Program-made: the position numbers and the translations under genes | Origin: Planctomycetota bacterium | GTDB lineage: Bacteria > Planctomycetota > GCA-002687715 > DRQF01 | Reading direction: 5' to 3' | Assembly (NCBI GenBank): GCA_027001995.1 | Contig: JALTLO010000049.1 | Location: 18,253-48,638, forward strand | Length of the DNA: 30,386 nt | Part shown: piece by piece, positions 26,765 through 30,386 of the stretch | How the letters are laid out: the number at the start of each line of letters is the position of its first letter | How positions within the stretch are numbered: the stretch's first letter is position 1 | Notes under the pieces: generated by a model | Told to the model about the DNA's origin: nothing | What the model saw: the letters and a program-made list of their open reading frames with translations, nothing else | The model's database searches: none

Positions 26765-27719
26765 CGTGACCTCCTGGTAGACCGCCACCGGAATGAACCC
26801 GGTTTACGTAGGCTTCAGGATCTTTGAGGCTAAGAACGAAATGTGCCAAGGCCCAAATTTCTTCGTCGGATCCAGGAATTGCAGGCATGGGGGTTCCCGT
26901 TAGTCCAGTTCTCATGCGGATAAAAATGTCTTCTGGTTTACTTCCTGACCGAAAAACACCCGTGGTGAAATCACGAGCAATGATGGGTTGGTCCTTCCAG
27001 TCTCGAAGAGTGTAAGAAGATATGCCATCACCGCGCCCCGTATCGCCGTGGCAACGATTGCATTCGCCTAAATAGCGTTTCTTGCCAAGAGCCAAGAGTT
27101 TAGCCGTGACTTTGGGTGATGGTGGTACAGCGATGGGCTGCAAGCTTGACACCCTTTTCTTCCAGACCTTAGCCTTAATATCATTGATGTCGGAAGCCAG
27201 GACCTCTTCCAAGGTCTGCCCAGTCTTCTTCATGTGCCGCGCAACTTCATCACGTCCCTTACGAAAAGTTGAGACATGTTGAACATAAGCGGCGACTGCC
27301 TTCTTCTTGACGTCTGACATCAATTCGAAGGAAGGCATCGATGAACCTGGCAGTCCTCGCGTAATCGTCCGGACCAAATCAGGAATACGAGGCAACTTGC
27401 CTGTCGGGGTGGTCCGAAACTTGAATTTCGCATTTTGGAAATTGCGAGGTAGAGGGTCTAAGAAAGCCGAAGCTGGCCCATCCCCCATGCCGTCATCCCC
27501 ATGACACCCGATACAGCTTTCCTCGTAGACAGTACGACCAAAGGCCGCAGTCTTAGACATGGGCCAATCGTCCAGGGTAAAGGCTTCCGAGATATCCGGC
27601 TGTTGAACCGGCGGTTTTGCCGTCGTCGTGGGGGGCCCAAAAACGACGAACAACGTCAGCACAATGATCAGCGACCCAGCCGTGATCCATGTGCCAATGT
27701 TTCGCTTACTTGATCTCAA
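26754..27719 (-). CDS. Membrane-anchored diheme cytochrome c
   Basis: Start TTG 27719 with RBS AAGGAG; N-terminal TM; CIGCHG..G.GDG..PRNF...GSSMP and CNRCHG..G.GDG..ARDF...GTPMP (two His/Met class I domains). Confidence 0.9.
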   Translation of the reverse strand: MRSSKRNIGTWITAGSLIIVLTLFVVFGPPTTTAKPPVQQPDISEAFTLDDWPMSKTAAFGRTVYEESCIGCHGDDGMGDGPASAFLDPLPRNFQNAKFKFRTTPTGKLPRIPDLVRTITRGLPGSSMPSFELMSDVKKKAVAAYVQHVSTFRKGRDEVARHMKKTGQTLEEVLASDINDIKAKVWKKRVSSLQPIAVPPSPKVTAKLLALGKKRYLGECNRCHGDTGRGDGISSYTLRDWKDQPIIARDFTTGVFRSGSKPEDIFIRMRTGLTGTPMPAIPGSDEEIWALAHFVLSLKDPEAYVNRVHSGGGLPGGHDDN

Positions 27720-27827
27720 CGCAGTGCTCCTTTTGTCGAAACGCGAAATGAGAGGACAAACGATCAAAAAAACAACATCACCCCCTCACGCAGATGGAGG
27801 GGATTGAGTAAGAATTTTGTTTGCATG

Positions 27828-27842
27828 GCAATAAACGTGCCA
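27828..27842 (-). promoter_or_regulatory. sigma54 -24/-12 promoter of the cbb3 operon
   Basis: Minus strand TGGCACGTTTATTGC is a perfect match to TGGCACG-N4-TTGC, ~110 nt upstream of the first start codon. Confidence 0.8.
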
Positions 27843-27913
27843 ATGCCAGATCTCCATGATGGTGGTCTGACTTTCGAACGACTTAGCTTGTTCATTTCCT
27901 GCATTGTCGCGTA

Positions 27914-27930
27914 TGCGGCCTGATGTCGCA
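27914..27930. promoter_or_regulatory. Putative activator site (RegR/RegA-box-like or enhancer-binding protein site)
   Basis: TGCGGC-CTGAT-GTCGCA contains GCGGC-N5-GTCGC; extra half-site TGTCGC at 27905-27910; ~70-90 nt upstream of the sigma54 element. Confidence 0.5.
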
Positions 27931-28123
27931 GAATGATTACGACGAAATCATGAAGGTTGCCTGCAGTTCAAAATGAGAAACTCCATCACGTACGGTGATT
28001 TTCTATGCGAGTGGGGACAACCACACCAAAATTCCGGTCCACTGTGGCATTTACCCCAGGACAATCCATCCCTTGCCGCTCGATCATAGGCTCAACACAA
28101 TACGGCCACATAAGGAGATCGAG

Positions 28124-29749
28124 ATGATTCGTATCGTTGTCATCATGGCCGTCACATTCGCCATTTTCGCCCCACAAAGCACAGCCCAAACTGGACTTCC
28201 TGAAGGTCCAAACTGGGGACGTGGAAGAGATCCAGAAGGGAGCAACTCAGTCTTTGCGACTGCAGACGGTTGTGCAATCTGCCACAGTGCATCGGAAGAA
28301 GCCATTGCCATGCGTAGTGCCACAGGCGAGGATATTTCGCCCCACAATATGTGGCAGACATCCATGATGGCCAACTCCTTCCGGGACCCGTATTGGCGGG
28401 CCCAGGTATCGAAAGCGACTTTGGCTCACCCCAAGAAAGCCGCCGAGATCGAAAAACTCTGCACAACTTGCCATGCTCCCATGACCAGTCATACAGCGCG
28501 TCTGAGTGGATTCGAGCCGGCGCGGCTGAAGGACTTAGTGGGCATTCCCTTGGCAGAAGATGGTGTCTCTTGCACCGTGTGCCACCAGGCTCGTCCTGAA
28601 AATCTGGGCAAAAAAGAGAGCTTCAATGGTCGACTGGACATCAAACCCGGCCGAGACATTTTTGGGCCCTACCCTGAACCCACCGGTGGGCCCATGCGCA
28701 TGTTCTCTGCTTTTACACCCAACCACGGCTCCCACATTCAAACATCGGCACTCTGTGGCAGTTGTCACACTTTGGAAACACACCACGCTGTGGGCGCCGA
28801 AGGCTTCCAAGAACAAACACCTTATCTTGAATGGCTCAATAGTGACTTCGCCAAAGGCGGCAAGACAGAAAAGAGCTGCCAAGAATGCCACATGCCAGAC
28901 TTCGGCAATGTAAGAATCGCCCGCGCCCCTTTTGGCAGTGACTTCAACCTCCCAGCCAGACCCAACTATCGCGGTCATTCCTTTCAAGGTGGCAATGCTT
29001 ACATGCTCGACCTTTTGGCCAAGAACCGAGAAGAACTGGGTGTCAAAGCACCTGAGGACGCCCTCAAACGCGCAGCAATCGCTACCCGCAAGCAACTTGC
29101 AGACACGACCGCGAAAGTGAGCATCTTGAATACGCGTATCGAAGACGGTCATCTCAAGTTCGATGTGCGCGTCGAAAACAAGACAGGACACAAGCTTCCC
29201 AGCGGTTATCCATCCCGTCGTATCTGGCTCGCCATGGAGATTCGCCAAAGACGGGGACGCGTCTTCCTTTCTGGTAGCTACACAGAAGATGGCCGCCTTG
29301 AGGATGTGGAGAATCCCTTAGCCTTGCCTCACGTTGACGTTGTCACAAAAGATAACCAGATTCCCGTATGGGAAACGGTTGTGGTCGATGCTGCTGGCAA
29401 ACCAACCACCGAACTTGTGGCCATGGCCCGCTACAAGAAAGACAATCGAATCTTGCCCAAAGGCTGGAAAAAGGACGGTCCCTATGGCAAGGAAACAGCG
29501 CCCGCCGGCATTGGTGACGACAAAGACTTCCTCGGAGGTAGTGATACTGTCCATTACGATTTAGACTTGGGCAAAGACATCGAAGACGGGGGTGTCATGA
29601 TCGCTCGGTTGTTCTATCAGACAATTCCGCCGGTATGGGCTCTTGACCTTCAAAAGGTTGAAACCAAAGAAGCTAAACTGTTCATGAAGCTATACAAGAA
29701 GTCACCGACGAGCACGGAAATCCTCTCTATGGACATCCAAAGGTTCTAA
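28124..29749 (+). CDS. Periplasmic pentaheme cytochrome c
   Basis: RBS TAAGGAG before ATG 28124; signal peptide; five CxxCH (CAICH, CTTCH, CTVCH, CGSCH, CQECH); W..SMMANSFRDP, GHKLPSGYPSRR, KDNRILPKG; heme-free C-terminal domain. Confidence 0.9.
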   Translation: MIRIVVIMAVTFAIFAPQSTAQTGLPEGPNWGRGRDPEGSNSVFATADGCAICHSASEEAIAMRSATGEDISPHNMWQTSMMANSFRDPYWRAQVSKATLAHPKKAAEIEKLCTTCHAPMTSHTARLSGFEPARLKDLVGIPLAEDGVSCTVCHQARPENLGKKESFNGRLDIKPGRDIFGPYPEPTGGPMRMFSAFTPNHGSHIQTSALCGSCHTLETHHAVGAEGFQEQTPYLEWLNSDFAKGGKTEKSCQECHMPDFGNVRIARAPFGSDFNLPARPNYRGHSFQGGNAYMLDLLAKNREELGVKAPEDALKRAAIATRKQLADTTAKVSILNTRIEDGHLKFDVRVENKTGHKLPSGYPSRRIWLAMEIRQRRGRVFLSGSYTEDGRLEDVENPLALPHVDVVTKDNQIPVWETVVVDAAGKPTTELVAMARYKKDNRILPKGWKKDGPYGKETAPAGIGDDKDFLGGSDTVHYDLDLGKDIEDGGVMIARLFYQTIPPVWALDLQKVETKEAKLFMKLYKKSPTSTEILSMDIQRF

Positions 29750-29791
29750 CCTAAAGAAAATCGAGATCGACAGGGAAAAAGCGTTAGGCAA

Positions 29792-30385
29792 CTAACGCTT
29801 TTTCGCTTGGGTCTTTGTCAGATCAACCTCAACCTTCCCACGATAAATCAAATCCTGGTCTTCTCGCTCCCACCAAGACTCAACCAATGTGACACCTGAG
29901 AGTTGCACCTTCCCTGAAAACACCTGGGAACCATTCGCCTCAATGGTAATGGGGCGCTTCACGTTCAACAATTTCTCGTCGATATAGATCGTCATCTTGT
30001 CGACCTTCTTGGTCGAGAGGCTAATCCTATTGCCCGGAAGAATCCGGGCATCCACTTGGGCGTTAGGCATCCGAACCTTATCCAAACGCACCCAAAAGGA
30101 TTCCAACATGTACTTCCCCATGGCTCGATGGCGAACGCGCTTGGGATGAGGGTTGCGTCTTTGTTTCGCCATCCAACCAACGATGCCCGGCATCAGCGCC
30201 CCCGTTTCTCGCAGGTCAAGCATGTGCCTGTGGCCGGCTAATTCGACGTAGTCAAAGTTGTAGCCCAATTTCTTAAGTTCATTCCTGGTTCGTCGCGAGT
30301 GAATAACCGGGACAACTTTGTCGGAAGTCCCATGGACGAAAAGTAAGTTTGTATTTGATGCGTTGTAGAGCAAGCTGCGCAAGTA
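29792..30385 (-). CDS. C-terminal part of an alpha/beta-hydrolase (esterase/S9-like); runs off the right edge
   Basis: FVHGTSDKVVPV (catalytic Asp) and YVELAGHRH (catalytic His region), R.PHPKRV; frame open to the window end. Confidence 0.75.
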   Translation of the reverse strand, partial: YLRSLLYNASNTNLLFVHGTSDKVVPVIHSRRTRNELKKLGYNFDYVELAGHRHMLDLRETGALMPGIVGWMAKQRRNPHPKRVRHRAMGKYMLESFWVRLDKVRMPNAQVDARILPGNRISLSTKKVDKMTIYIDEKLLNVKRPITIEANGSQVFSGKVQLSGVTLVESWWEREDQDLIYRGKVEVDLTKTQAKKR

Positions 30386-30386
30386 G

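Noticed and set aside
28535..29248. Long antisense or alternate-frame ORFs (e.g. 28535..29248, 19043..19585, 15132..15731, 2086..2523)
   Set aside because: They overlap well-supported genes and carry no recognisable motifs; treated as shadow ORFs.

Overview
Bacterial chromosomal window, gene-dense, standard genetic code; the gene repertoire resembles Planctomycetota or related phyla (inference only). Left to right: a partial CDS; an alginate-export-family porin behind a sigma54-type promoter; a DUF2142/GT-C-like membrane protein; a tRNA(CAT), probably Ile2; a group-1 truncated hemoglobin; a secreted MBL-fold protein; two tandem FG-GAP/ASPIC-UnbV (CRTAC1-like) lipoproteins; a DUF5610-like protein; a candidate structured small RNA; an EamA transporter; an S46 peptidase; a secreted hypothetical protein; a cupredoxin-like lipoprotein; a non-canonical cbb3-type oxidase operon (diheme cyt c, ccoN, ccoO, ccoS-like, tiny CcoP-N-like peptide, ccoI, DsbD_2, ccoG) behind a sigma54-type promoter; a divergent pentaheme cytochrome c; and a partial alpha/beta hydrolase. 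Main finding: ORFs 7067..8890 and 8912..10000 are in the same frame and separated by a single TGA (8888-8890) that is followed by a hairpin fitting the bacterial SECIS model. This suggests one ~949-aa selenocysteine-containing FG-GAP/ASPIC-UnbV/thioredoxin lipoprotein. No mobile elements or CRISPR arrays were seen.
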